A DNA stretch of 62,080 nucleotides from Planctomycetia bacterium (GCA_046092145.1 JBJTDB010000168.1:1-62080); one strand, 5' to 3'; shown: positions 9,060-18,735, numbered from the stretch's first letter. Numbers and translations: made by a program. Notes: generated by a model from the letters alone, not told the origin.

Positions 9060-11153
9060 TCAATGCAGCCGCATGCCCGGAAGGGCGCCCGAATCGGGGG
9101 AGAGCAGGAAGACACCTGGGCTGCCGGCACCGCTGGCGGCCACCACCATGCCCTCGCTGAGCCCAAACTTCATCTGCCGCGGTGCGAGGTTTGCCACCAC
9201 GACGACGAGCCGGCCGACCAGTGCCGCCGGCTCGTGAAAACCCTTGATGCCGGCGAACACGGTGCGGGTCGTGTCGCCACCGAGGCTCACCGTGAGCTTG
9301 AGCAATTTCTTCGCCTCGGGCACCTCCTCCGCGGCGATGATCCGCGCCACGCGGAGATCGACTTTTCCAAAGTCGTCGATCGTGCACTCAGCGGCGAGCG
9401 GTTCGGCGGCAAGCGGCTCGGCCGGGTCGGTATGGGGATCGGTCATGACGGTGGATCCTTTCTGTGAGGACGACGAGGATGGGGCGACCGGCTGTGGCTC
9501 TGGCCGGGATGCGGCAAGCATGGCTTCGATCTGGGGCGGTTCGACCCGCCGCATGAGCGGCACGAAGGCGGCGACGGGAAGGCCGGCCAGGGGACGCTGC
9601 GACTCGTCCCACGAGCGGATCGGTCCACCGACGAGGCGGCCGGCCTGCTCTGCAAGGCCGGGAAGCACCGGCGCGAGGAAGATCGCGATCTGGCGGAAGA
9701 GATTGATCGCGACGCTCGCCACGTCTCGAAGCCTGGCTGCGGCGTCGGGCCCGGCCTTGGCGAGCTTCCACGGCTGCTCGGCATCGACATAGGCATTGGC
9801 CCGATCGGCGGCGAGCATGATCGCTCGCATCGCACGGGCGAAATCGCATGCCTCATACGCCGCCGCGATCTCGTCGGCTTCGGCAGCGGCACGGGCGAAC
9901 AGGCCGCCGTCGTCGGGATAGGCGGGGGCGAGCCCGGTGGCCTCGAGCCAGCGGGCGGTGCGGCTGGCGAGGTTCACCACCTTGCCGACGAGGTCGGCGT
10001 TGACCTTCGCGGCGAACTCCTCGAGGTTGAGGTCGATGTCGTCGATGCCGCCGGAGAGTTTGCTGGCGTAGTAGTAGCGGAGTGCGGAGGGGTCGAGGTG
10101 TTCGAGGTAGGTCCGCGCCAGCAGGAACGTTCCGCGGCTCTTCGACATCTTCTGACCGTTGACCGTCAGGAAGCCGTGGATGCGGACCTTGGTCGGAAGG
10201 GAAAGCCCCGCCGCATCGAGCATCGCCGGCCAGAAGAGTGTGTGGAAGTAGGTGATGTCCTTGCCGATGAAGTGATGGATCTCCGCGCGTGGATCGTTGG
10301 CGGAGTCCCGGTGCCACCAGGCGGCGAGGCTCTCGCCATGGGCCTCGCACCACTCGCTCGTGGCGGCGATGTAGCCGATGGGGGCGTCGAACCAGACGTA
10401 CCAGAAATGCCCGGGGGCATCGGGGATCTCGAAACCGAAGTAGGGCGCCGGCCTGGAGACGTCCCAGTCGCGGAGTGGCTCGCCCAGGAAGTGGCCGGCG
10501 AGATAGTTGGCGATCCGCGGATCGAGCGCGTCGGACGCTCTGGTCCACGCGTCGAGGAACCCGTGCAGTGATTCGATCGTCACGAACAGATGCTCGGACG
10601 ACCGCAGTTCCGGCGTCGCCCCCGAGAGCGTGCTCCTCGGATGCACGAGGTCGGTCGGGGCATAGGTGGCACCGCACTGCTCGCAGGAGTCGCCGTATTG
10701 ATCGGCCGCGGCGCACCTCGGGCAGCCGCCGCGGACGAACCGGTCGGCGAGGAAGACACCCGCCTGCGGGTCGTAGAGCTGCTGCACCTGCCGCGCGACG
10801 ACGAGCCCACGGTCACGGAGGGCCTTCCACATCTCGCCGCACAGCCTGCGGTTGGCAGGGCTGTCGGTCGAGCCATAGTGGTCGAACTCGATCTGGAAGC
10901 CGGCGAAGTCGGCGAGGTGGGCCCCCCGCATCGCCGCGATCAATTCCTGTTCGCTGCGACCCTCGGCCCTCGCCCGGATCATGATCGCCGTGCCGTGCGT
11001 GTCGTCCGCACACAGGTAGATGGCCCGGTGGCCTCGGAGCTTCTGGAAGCGGACGAAGATGTCGGTCTGGATGTACTCGACCAGATGCCCGAGGTGGATG
11101 TGGCCGTTGGCGTAGGGCAGGGCCGAGGTGACGAGAATGCGGCGTGCAGGCAT
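9060..11153 (-). CDS. metG: methionine--tRNA ligase with C-terminal tRNA-binding (EMAP/Trbp111-like) domain
   Basis: [36 protein letters not shown] (HIGH motif), Zn knuckles CPRC...CEQCG, KMSKS motif (QKMSKSRGT), C-terminal [27 protein letters not shown] at 11153. The upstream part of the 844-aa track ORF is non-coding-like. Confidence 0.95.
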   Translation of the reverse strand: MPARRILVTSALPYANGHIHLGHLVEYIQTDIFVRFQKLRGHRAIYLCADDTHGTAIMIRARAEGRSEQELIAAMRGAHLADFAGFQIEFDHYGSTDSPANRRLCGEMWKALRDRGLVVARQVQQLYDPQAGVFLADRFVRGGCPRCAAADQYGDSCEQCGATYAPTDLVHPRSTLSGATPELRSSEHLFVTIESLHGFLDAWTRASDALDPRIANYLAGHFLGEPLRDWDVSRPAPYFGFEIPDAPGHFWYVWFDAPIGYIAATSEWCEAHGESLAAWWHRDSANDPRAEIHHFIGKDITYFHTLFWPAMLDAAGLSLPTKVRIHGFLTVNGQKMSKSRGTFLLARTYLEHLDPSALRYYYASKLSGGIDDIDLNLEEFAAKVNADLVGKVVNLASRTARWLEATGLAPAYPDDGGLFARAAAEADEIAAAYEACDFARAMRAIMLAADRANAYVDAEQPWKLAKAGPDAAARLRDVASVAINLFRQIAIFLAPVLPGLAEQAGRLVGGPIRSWDESQRPLAGLPVAAFVPLMRRVEPPQIEAMLAASRPEPQPVAPSSSSSQKGSTVMTDPHTDPAEPLAAEPLAAECTIDDFGKVDLRVARIIAAEEVPEAKKLLKLTVSLGGDTTRTVFAGIKGFHEPAALVGRLVVVVANLAPRQMKFGLSEGMVVAASGAGSPGVFLLSPDSGALPGMRLH

Positions 11154-11313
11154 GGGCCGGATTGTATGAACCCGCGTGAAAAGGGGGAAACGGTGTGGAA
11201 ATGGGGGCAACGAGGCAAGCCGGCGGATCTCGAGCCGGTGGTGAAAGTGATCTTGTGGTGGTGCGGCGCCCCCGGCACCATCCGCCCGCTCGCCACCGAC
11301 TTCGGAGTCTTGG

Positions 11314-13032
11314 ATGATCATCGCACGACGAGCGGCCACGTGCGGCCTGTTGGCAGTCGCCTGCTGGGTGGCCGCGATCCCCGGCGCCTGTGCCGATCCG
11401 CCCCGCAACGCCAGGCCTTCCGACGCCGCCATGGCTGCGGTCCAGGCGGCCACGCAAGGCGAGGTGGTGCTCCTCGACTTCGCCGCCTCTTGGTGCGGCC
11501 CGTGCCGACAGATGGCGCCGATCATCGGTGAAATCACGGCGGCCGGATGGGTGGTGCGGCATGTCGATGTCGACCGCGAACCGAATCTCGTCAAGCGATT
11601 CGGAGTGACCGGGGTTCCCTGCTACATACTGCTGGTTCAGGGTGAGGAAGTGGGGCGGATCAACGGTGCGACGACCCGCGCCGACCTGGAACACCTGTTG
11701 GCCAAGAGCCGTCAGCCGCTCGGTCTGCCGGCGGTGCCAGTCGCCGCGGCCCCGGCGGGGCCGACGATTGCCGCCATCCCCGGCATCCCGCTTCCCGCCT
11801 CCACGCCGACCGCCCCGCTGGCCACCGAACCGCCCGCCGGACGACAGGCGATCCCCGAGGCGATCGTTCGCGGGCCATCGCCACCCGCCAAAGCGGGCCC
11901 TCGGGCATCCGCTCGCGAGGCCGTTGCCCCGACCCCTGCAGCGGCCACGAGCCCGACGCGTGGGGCCGATCCGCAGGCACGCGTCGCATGCGAGCAGAAG
12001 CTCCTTCAGGCGACCGCGAGATTGCGTGTCGATGACACACAGGGCATGTCGCGGGGCACCGGAACGGTCATCGACTCCAGGCAGGGCGAGGCGCTCATCC
12101 TCACCTGCGGCCACATTTTCCGCGACTCGGGCGGCAAGGGGCGGATCGAGGTCGATCTCTTCGGGCCCCACGGACCGCGAGGCGTGGCGGGGCAGCTGGT
12201 GGCCTATGACCTGAAGCGCGATCTGGCACTCATCAGCATCTTCACCGACCAGCCGATCGAGCCCGTTCGAGTCGGCGGCGCCGACTGCGACATGAAGGCC
12301 GGTGAGCCGGTGGTGACGGTGGGCTGTAACGGTGGCGACGACCCGACGTTTCACTACAGCAGGATCAACGGCATCGACAAGTATCTCGGTCCCGCCAACG
12401 TGCAAGTCGCCGGGCAGCCGGTCCAGGGCCGCAGCGGCGGCGGCCTCTTCAGCCTCGACGGCACGCTGATCGGTGTCTGCAATGCCGCCGATCCGGCCGA
12501 CAACGAGGGCCTCTTCGCCGCGCTGCCTGCGATTCACGAGCAACTCGACGAGGCGGGGCTGGCATTCGTCTATCGCAGCGTCTATCCGAGCGGTGGCGTG
12601 GCGGGTGCAGCGGCCGATCACGCCTCCATGCCATCGATGCCCGAGGAGATGCCAAAGGTGGCATTCGACCGACGCGACCGGGCCGACGCGGTTCCGACCG
12701 CCTCGACGGCGGCCGATCGCACGACGCCCGTCACCGCCGACCCACGAGCGGCACTCCAACAACCGTCTCCAGCGCAGCCTCCAGCGCAGCCTTCAGGCCA
12801 GCTCTCCAGCGGCGAGGAAGCGCTGCTGCAGCATGTCCGCCAGCACGAGGGGAAGGCCGAGGTGATCTGCATTGTTCGCCCGCATGGAGCCCCGCAAGGG
12901 TCCAGCGAGGTCTTCGTCCTTCAAAACGCCAGCCGCGAGTTCCTCGACGAACTCTCCCGCACCCACCTCGGTGCGGCCACCCGGCCCGATGAAACCACGG
13001 CGACCCTCCCCACCGCGACACGGTCGCGATGA
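11314..13032 (+). CDS. secreted thioredoxin-domain / trypsin-like serine protease fusion protein
   Basis: Signal-like N-terminus. Thioredoxin fold [19 protein letters not shown]...[11 protein letters not shown]. Pro/Ala linker. Chymotrypsin-fold triad candidates LTCGHIF (His), DLALISI (Asp), GRSGGGLF (Ser). Uncharacterised C-terminal ~130 aa. Confidence 0.8.
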   Translation: MIIARRAATCGLLAVACWVAAIPGACADPPRNARPSDAAMAAVQAATQGEVVLLDFAASWCGPCRQMAPIIGEITAAGWVVRHVDVDREPNLVKRFGVTGVPCYILLVQGEEVGRINGATTRADLEHLLAKSRQPLGLPAVPVAAAPAGPTIAAIPGIPLPASTPTAPLATEPPAGRQAIPEAIVRGPSPPAKAGPRASAREAVAPTPAAATSPTRGADPQARVACEQKLLQATARLRVDDTQGMSRGTGTVIDSRQGEALILTCGHIFRDSGGKGRIEVDLFGPHGPRGVAGQLVAYDLKRDLALISIFTDQPIEPVRVGGADCDMKAGEPVVTVGCNGGDDPTFHYSRINGIDKYLGPANVQVAGQPVQGRSGGGLFSLDGTLIGVCNAADPADNEGLFAALPAIHEQLDEAGLAFVYRSVYPSGGVAGAAADHASMPSMPEEMPKVAFDRRDRADAVPTASTAADRTTPVTADPRAALQQPSPAQPPAQPSGQLSSGEEALLQHVRQHEGKAEVICIVRPHGAPQGSSEVFVLQNASREFLDELSRTHLGAATRPDETTATLPTATRSR

Positions 13033-13045
13033 TGCCACGGCGACC

Positions 13046-13696
13046 GTGAAACAGCTGCAATACCTGATCCGGCACGGTGAAAGCGTCTCCAACCTCGAGG
13101 GCCGGGTGCAGGGCCAAGAGGACGTCGAGCTTTCCTCGCTCGGCCAGCGTCAGGCAGTGGCCGTCGCCTCGTGGAGCATGTCCATGCTCCGTGGCGACAG
13201 CTCGACGATCGAAGAGATCTGGTCGAGCCCCCTTCGCCGCGCCCGAGACACCGCCGCCCCGATCGCGGAGGCCCTCGGCCTGCCTCTGAGGATCGATGAT
13301 CGGCTCCGCGAACTGCATGCCGGCGTCTTTCAAGGCCATCTCTGGGCCGACCTCGAGTCGCGGTTTCCCGACGCAGTGGCCCGCTGGCGGAGCGGCGACG
13401 CCGACTATTGCATCCCGGGGGGCGAATCGAGGGCGGCGCTCGCCGCTCGTGGCCGGGAGGCGCTGGAATCGCTCGCGTCTCGTCCGGTGCGGGGCATGAT
13501 CGTCGTCGCCCACGGCGGCATCCTCACCGCGGCTCTGGGCAGCCTCGTGGGCCGCACGCATCCCCTGCTCGCCGCCGCGGCCGAACGGCCGTTCACAAAA
13601 CTCCCCGCACTCTCCAATGGCTCGATCACGCTGGTCGAGTGGCCCGGACCGTCGCTCGTGTCGTTCAACGAAACGACCCACCTCGACAGCCCGTAA
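13046..13696 (+). CDS. histidine phosphatase family protein (phosphoglycerate-mutase-like)
   Basis: LQYLIRHGESVSNLEGRVQG (RHG motif) ...SSPLRRARDTA...VVAHGG. GTG 13046 proposed as the start; in-frame ATG 12989 would overlap the upstream gene by 44 nt. Confidence 0.75.
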   Translation: MKQLQYLIRHGESVSNLEGRVQGQEDVELSSLGQRQAVAVASWSMSMLRGDSSTIEEIWSSPLRRARDTAAPIAEALGLPLRIDDRLRELHAGVFQGHLWADLESRFPDAVARWRSGDADYCIPGGESRAALAARGREALESLASRPVRGMIVVAHGGILTAALGSLVGRTHPLLAAAAERPFTKLPALSNGSITLVEWPGPSLVSFNETTHLDSP

Positions 13697-13703
13697 GTCG
13701 AGA

Positions 13704-13840
13704 CAGGGGCTGCCCGTGCCCCGAGAGCCGGCGTTGCTGGCCAGCGCAGGCATGGAAGCCGGAGCGCAGCCCGCATCGAGTACGCGAAGGCCCCGGAGGG
13801 CCGTAGCGACCGTCCGGCGACGGGGCACGGGCAGCCCCTG
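13704..13840. repeat. 137-bp element bounded by perfect 20-bp inverted repeats
   Basis: CAGGGGCTGCCCGTGCCCCG (13704-13723) is the exact reverse complement of 13821-13840. 97-nt spacer. Lies in the 243-bp gap after the phosphatase gene. Same build as 48248-48375. Confidence 0.8.
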
Positions 13841-13939
13841 GCGGCGGGTCACATCGTGCCGATTCCATTTCGAATCGACCTGTCGGGCTCTTCCGTGCCA
13901 CCGGTAGACTACGCATGACGCTTCAGGAGTTTCCGACGC

Positions 13940-14872
13940 ATGCCCCGCCCCGCCCCGATCATCGTCGGCATGCTGCTGGTGGCCGCATGCGCGCGGGCCG
14001 ATGAGCCATCGCCGAAGGATGACTTTTCGGGTGCCCGCGCGATGGCGCATCTGGAGGCGATCTGCGATGGTGGGCCACGGCCGAGCGGTTCGCCCGGCAT
14101 GGAGGCCCAACGGGCGATGCTGGTGAAGCATTTCCGCGCCGCCGGCGCCACCGTCACCGGCCAGGCATTCACGTCGCGCGACCGGCGGACGGGCGAGCCC
14201 GTGCACATGGAGAACCTCGTCATCACGTGGCACCGCGACCGTCGGGATCGCGTGCTCGTGGGCGCCCATTACGACACGCGGCCATACCCCGATCGCGACC
14301 CGGTCGATCCCAAGGGCCGCTTCCTCGGGGCCAACGACGGCGCCAGCGGCGTGGCGGCCCTCATGGAACTCGGCCGCTTCATGCCGGGGCTGCCGGGACC
14401 GACCGGCGTCGACTTCATCCTTTTCGATGCCGAGGAATATGTCTTCGGCCCCCGCGACCCCTACTGCCTCGGATCGACCTTTTTTGCACGGCAGTATGCC
14501 GCCGACCGGCGGGCCGATCCGTCGCTGCATCGCTACCGCGCCGGCGTGATCCTCGACATGGTGGCCGACAAGGACCTGCAGATCTGGCAGGAGCAGCAGA
14601 GCGCGACCTGGGCCGACACGCAACCGGTGGTGGACGCGATCTGGGGGGTCGCCACGCGGCTCGGCGCACGCGAGTTCGTGCCCCGCCCGAAGTACACGGT
14701 TCAAGACGACCATGTGCCGCTTCGCATGATCGCCGGGATCCCAACCTGCGACATCATCGACTTCGACTACCCCGCATGGCACACGACCAACGACATCCCG
14801 GCCAACTGCTCCGCGGAATCACTGGAAACGGTGGGGCGGGTGATCCTGGCATGGCTTCGCGAACAGCGGTGA
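13940..14872 (+). CDS. M28-family metallopeptidase / glutaminyl-cyclase-like lipoprotein
   Basis: N-terminus MPRPAPIIVGMLLVAAC has a lipobox-like VAAC. GAHYDTRP, GANDGASGVAALMELGR, DFILFDAEE. Confidence 0.8.
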   Translation: MPRPAPIIVGMLLVAACARADEPSPKDDFSGARAMAHLEAICDGGPRPSGSPGMEAQRAMLVKHFRAAGATVTGQAFTSRDRRTGEPVHMENLVITWHRDRRDRVLVGAHYDTRPYPDRDPVDPKGRFLGANDGASGVAALMELGRFMPGLPGPTGVDFILFDAEEYVFGPRDPYCLGSTFFARQYAADRRADPSLHRYRAGVILDMVADKDLQIWQEQQSATWADTQPVVDAIWGVATRLGAREFVPRPKYTVQDDHVPLRMIAGIPTCDIIDFDYPAWHTTNDIPANCSAESLETVGRVILAWLREQR

Positions 14873-14875
14873 GCA

Positions 14876-15163
14876 ATGACCGGGCACGAATCGAGCCAGG
14901 GTGGGCAAAGCGCCGTTCGGCGAGTGCCCGTGGTGGCGCCCGATCTGGGCATCGACGGCACCGTGACCGTGTCGCTGTGGCTCGTACCCGTCGGCGCCAG
15001 CGTGCTCGAGGGTGATCGGATCGTGGAACTGCTCGCCGGCGCCGCGACCATCGATCTGGAGGCGCCGGTCGCCGGCACCCTCGTGACCCAGCACATCGAG
15101 GAAGACGACGTGGTGCAGCCAGGCGCCGTGCTCGCGGACATCGAGCCCGTGGAGGGGGCGTGA
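14876..15163 (+). CDS. lipoyl/biotinyl-type single hybrid motif domain protein lacking any lysine
   Basis: VSLWLVPVGASVLEGDRIVELLAGAATIDLEAPVAGTLVTQHIEEDDVVQPGAVLADIEP follows the lipoyl-domain pattern (G.xV..GD.l..vE.DKa..e..aP..G.v), but the 95-aa product contains no Lys. Its stop overlaps the lnt GTG (GTGA). Confidence 0.6.
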   Translation: MTGHESSQGGQSAVRRVPVVAPDLGIDGTVTVSLWLVPVGASVLEGDRIVELLAGAATIDLEAPVAGTLVTQHIEEDDVVQPGAVLADIEPVEGA

Positions 15164-16848
15164 GCATCCCGTTCATTTGCCGCCACGTCGATGGGCCGGC
15201 GCTCGAGGGTCGGCGGCTCTGGTTCCTCGCGTTGGCCGGCGCACTGGTGATGTTTCTCGCGCAGCCCCCCGCCGACCTGTGGCCGCTGGCATGGCTGGCG
15301 CCGCTGCCGTGGCTGGCGATCGTCGTTCCATCGACGCTCGCATCGCCCCGACCGTGGCGGGCGATCTGGACCGCCGGCTTCGTGCACTGGCTGCTGACGA
15401 TCCACTGGCTTCGGCTTCCCCATCCGGCGACTGCGATCGGATGGGTCGCGCTGTCGGCCTATCTGGCCTGCTTCGTGCCACTTTTCATCTGGGTGGCCCG
15501 CACGCTCCTGCACCGGTGGCGGTGGCCCCTGACGGCCGCGGCGCCGCTTGCCTGGATCACCTGCGAGCAGCTCCGCGGCGGCCTGCTCGGCGGATTCACC
15601 TTCGGCGGGCTCGGTCACACGCAATGGCGATGGACGACATTCATCCAGGCGGCCGACCTGTTCGGCGCGGTCGGTATCAGCGGCGTCGTCATGCTGGTCG
15701 CGGCGGCGATCGGATCCCGGTCGGGCCGTCAGGCCGCCGTCGCGGCGACCGTGGTGGCGGCGACGCTCGGCTATGGCGCATGGCGGCTTGCCGGGGAGCC
15801 CTCGCCCGTGGGCACGCCGCTCGACGTACTGCTCGTGCAGGGATCGATCGACACAGAGCTCAAGCATGATCCCGCAGCGGCGGGAGACGTGGCGACGCAG
15901 TACGACGAACTGACGATCGCCGGGCTGAAGGCGACGCCCGAGAAGACGCCCGATCTGATCGTCTGGCCCGAGACGATGTGGCGATGGGGCCTTCTTGCGA
16001 TCGATCAGGACGAGATTCTGCCGGAGGATGTGGTCGATCGCATGGTCGGCCCGCGCGGAGAACAGACCGGCCCATCGATGGACGATGAGCGGCAGCGGCT
16101 CTCGCGGGAGGCGCTCGAAGCGGAGCGGCTGGAGGCCCTGGCCGTCTTCGCCAGGCGCTATGGCACCCACTGGCTCGTCGGCGTCGATCGACAGGAGATC
16201 ACACCACGGTCCCCATCGGGTGCCTTCCACTACAACTGCGGACTCTTTCTCGATGCCGACGGCGCCCCGATGGCCCGGTATGACAAGATGCATCCCGTGA
16301 TGTTCGGCGAATACATCCCGTTGGCCAACCGGTTTCGGTGGATCTACTCGCTCACCCCGCTGCCGGCCGGCCTCACGGCCGGCACGCACCCCGTCGCGGT
16401 GCCGATCGCCGGTCACCGGGCGGCCGCAACCATTTGCTACGAAACGGCGCTGCCCGATGCGGTGCGGTCGATGGTCCGCCGCCTGGCCGGGGCCGGCAGC
16501 CGCCCCGACGTGATCGTGAACCTCACCAACGACGGGTGGTTCTGGGGATCGAGCGAACTCGACATGCACCTGACGGCCGCGGTCTTCCGGGCCATCGAGG
16601 TCCGCACGCCCCTGGTGATCGCGGCAAACACCGGTTTTTCAGCATGGATCGACGGCTGCGGCCGCTTGCTGGCCTGCGGCCCACGGCGGTCCACCGCGAC
16701 GCTTCGGGCCCGTGTGCGGCCCGATGGCCGTCCCACGGCATGGCTGGCCTGGGGGAGTCTGCCGAATTGGGGATGTGTCGCGGTTGCGGCGTGTATCATG
16801 ATATGGGACAGACGTCGGGTTGTCGGGGCCTCGCGGCGCACGGGTTGA
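15160..16848 (+). CDS. lnt: apolipoprotein N-acyltransferase
   Basis: N-terminal polytopic membrane domain plus C-terminal nitrilase-fold domain: LIVWPE(T), YDKMHPV.FGEYIP, AATICYE (catalytic Cys context), NLTNDGWF. Confidence 0.9.
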   Translation: MSIPFICRHVDGPALEGRRLWFLALAGALVMFLAQPPADLWPLAWLAPLPWLAIVVPSTLASPRPWRAIWTAGFVHWLLTIHWLRLPHPATAIGWVALSAYLACFVPLFIWVARTLLHRWRWPLTAAAPLAWITCEQLRGGLLGGFTFGGLGHTQWRWTTFIQAADLFGAVGISGVVMLVAAAIGSRSGRQAAVAATVVAATLGYGAWRLAGEPSPVGTPLDVLLVQGSIDTELKHDPAAAGDVATQYDELTIAGLKATPEKTPDLIVWPETMWRWGLLAIDQDEILPEDVVDRMVGPRGEQTGPSMDDERQRLSREALEAERLEALAVFARRYGTHWLVGVDRQEITPRSPSGAFHYNCGLFLDADGAPMARYDKMHPVMFGEYIPLANRFRWIYSLTPLPAGLTAGTHPVAVPIAGHRAAATICYETALPDAVRSMVRRLAGAGSRPDVIVNLTNDGWFWGSSELDMHLTAAVFRAIEVRTPLVIAANTGFSAWIDGCGRLLACGPRRSTATLRARVRPDGRPTAWLAWGSLPNWGCVAVAACIMIWDRRRVVGASRRTG

Positions 16849-16901
16849 GTCGCGTCGACCCGCCGACCGATCACTGAGAAGTCCGGGTGAGAGGGTGAGC
16901 G

Positions 16902-17729
16902 ATGAATAACATCGGCAAAATCTTCGTCTTCGCGGTGTTCATCATGAGCCTCGTGTTCATGAGCTTCGCGATCGCCATCTTTGCCTCCCACACCAACTGG
17001 AAGGCGGAGTCGGAACGGCTGGCCAAGGTGCTCGAGGAGGAAAAGGGCAAACGCGGCAAACTCGTCGAAGAGATCAACCGTCTCTCGACGGAAGTATCGA
17101 CGTCGGAGGCCGAACGCGACCAGGTGGCCGCCAAGTTGCAATACGCGCTCAACGAGCAGATGGGCGAACTCGAGACCCTGCGGAAGGAAAAGGAAGACTT
17201 CGAGAAGAAGCAGCAGGCGGCGATCGCAGAGGCCTCGACCGCCAGCGCCGCCCTGGAGCGGGCGACGGGGACCATCAAGGACCTCCGCGAAGAGATCCGC
17301 ACGATGCGATTGAAGGTCGACGAGGAAATCGAAGGAGCCGTGAAGCTCGCCGCGACGCTCCATGAAAAGCAATCGACCCTCGCCATCGTCGAGGAGCGCA
17401 AGGCGCAGCTGGAGAAGCAGCTTGCCAACGCCCGGACGCTCCTCAAGCAGACCGGCCTGGCCCTGGAAAGCCTTCCCCGAGACCAGGTGCCGACGATCGA
17501 CGGCGTGGTGACGGCGGTGGCCGACGGATCGGTCGAGGTCTCGCTTGGCGGCGACGACGGCCTGCAGCTTGGCCATGTGCTGGAACTGTACCGTGCCGAC
17601 GCCTATCTCGGCCGTGCGGTCGTGAAGGCCGTGAAGCCGGATCGTGCGGTGGCCGTGCTGGTCAAGGAATACGCCCGGGGCGCCGTGCAACGCGGTGACC
17701 GCGTCACCACCCGTCTGAAACCGGCCTGA
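16902..17729 (+). CDS. membrane-anchored coiled-coil protein with small C-terminal beta domain, function unknown
   Basis: N-terminal TM IFVFAVFIMSLVFMSFAIAIFA. About 170 aa of heptad-like, charged, Glu/Lys/Ala-rich sequence. C-terminal VVTAVADGSVEVSLGGDDGLQLGHVLELYR. SD-like GAGGGTGAG upstream. Confidence 0.6.
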   Translation: MNNIGKIFVFAVFIMSLVFMSFAIAIFASHTNWKAESERLAKVLEEEKGKRGKLVEEINRLSTEVSTSEAERDQVAAKLQYALNEQMGELETLRKEKEDFEKKQQAAIAEASTASAALERATGTIKDLREEIRTMRLKVDEEIEGAVKLAATLHEKQSTLAIVEERKAQLEKQLANARTLLKQTGLALESLPRDQVPTIDGVVTAVADGSVEVSLGGDDGLQLGHVLELYRADAYLGRAVVKAVKPDRAVAVLVKEYARGAVQRGDRVTTRLKPA

Positions 17730-17766
17730 TCGGCACGCGGTCTCGGCCCCCGATGAGCAGCCTTCC

Positions 17767-17922
17767 ATGAGTGACGATTCAAAGCCCGCCGCCGACCGTC
17801 GCCGCCCTCCGATGAACGTCTACACGGCGATGCTTGCGATGTCGTTCGTGGCCATGACGATCGCCTGCGTCATCCTCGCGATCGACCTGTTTGCCAAGGA
17901 TCGCCTGCCGCTCAAGCCGTAG
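17767..17922 (+). CDS. candidate 51-aa single-pass membrane protein (below the track's length cutoff)
   Basis: ATG 17767 to TAG 17920-17922 encodes MSDSKPAADRRRPPMNVYTAMLAMSFVAMTIACVILAIDLFAKDRLPLKP: basic N-terminus plus one clean TM helix. It fills the gap between two same-strand genes and has coding-like GC3. Confidence 0.4.
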   Translation: MSDDSKPAADRRRPPMNVYTAMLAMSFVAMTIACVILAIDLFAKDRLPLKP

Positions 17923-17936
17923 GTGGTCTTCCCGAG

Positions 17937-18716
17937 ATGCTCTCCTGGCTTCGGAAACGGCGGCGACGGACGATCCGCGAACGCCCCGTCCCCGCGGCCT
18001 GGGATGACCTGCTCCGCCGGAACGTCCGCCAGACCTCGTGGCTCGGCGACCATGAACGGCAGCAGTTGCGTGAATGGATCGCCGTGTTCATCGACGAGAA
18101 ATCGTTCGAAGGCTGTGGCGGCATGGAGATCTCCGACGAGGTCCGCCTGACGGTCGCGGCGCAAGCCGGCCTCCTCGCGTTGGGGCTCGGCGATGAATAC
18201 TTCGATCGAGTCCGTTCCGTGCTCGTCTATCCGGGCGACTATCTCGTGCCCCGCTCGACGCCGCTGGCGGGCGGAGGCGAGCTCGAGTGGCAGGAGGCGC
18301 GGCTCGGGGAGACATGGTCGGGGGGCAGCGTCGTCCTTTCGTGGCCGCGAGTCGTCGAGGGGGGCCGGCTTCGCGACGGCCCGCGAAGCGTGGTGATCCA
18401 CGAGTTCGCCCACGTCATCGACATGCTCGATGGCGAGATCGATGGCGTGCCACCGCTCGCCCAGGGCCGCCGGGCATGGGCGGCCGACATGGCGGCCTGT
18501 CGGGAGCGGTTCGAGGGGGCGCTCGACGACGGGCGATTCGTGCCACTCGACGAATATGCCGCGGAGGGGCCGGGCGAGTTTTTCGCCGTCGCCACCGAGT
18601 GCTTCTTTCAGGACCCACACCGTCTGGCCCGTGGCGACGGCATGCTCTACGACCTTCTTCGCGCCGCATGGCGCCAGGATCCGAAGGCCCGTGTGCCGAC
18701 GCATCCCGCGAGGTGA
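17937..18716 (+). CDS. mtfA: MtfA-like zinc metallopeptidase (M90 family)
   Basis: WLRKRRRR...W...L......L...E...L.......F..EK.FEG.GG.E.....R..IAAQA and the zinc motif VVIHEFAHVIDMLDG...EFFAV..E.FF. Confidence 0.75.
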   Translation: MLSWLRKRRRRTIRERPVPAAWDDLLRRNVRQTSWLGDHERQQLREWIAVFIDEKSFEGCGGMEISDEVRLTVAAQAGLLALGLGDEYFDRVRSVLVYPGDYLVPRSTPLAGGGELEWQEARLGETWSGGSVVLSWPRVVEGGRLRDGPRSVVIHEFAHVIDMLDGEIDGVPPLAQGRRAWAADMAACRERFEGALDDGRFVPLDEYAAEGPGEFFAVATECFFQDPHRLARGDGMLYDLLRAAWRQDPKARVPTHPAR

Positions 18717-18735
18717 TGGCACGCCCTCGGCGGGT

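Noticed and set aside
13704-13840. Classifying the 20-bp-arm elements (here and at 48248-48375) as MITEs or mobile elements.
   Set aside because: I see no target-site duplications flanking either copy. The arms of the two copies are unrelated in sequence, and no transposase is present in the window. They are kept as 'repeat' features and as findings, not as mobile elements.
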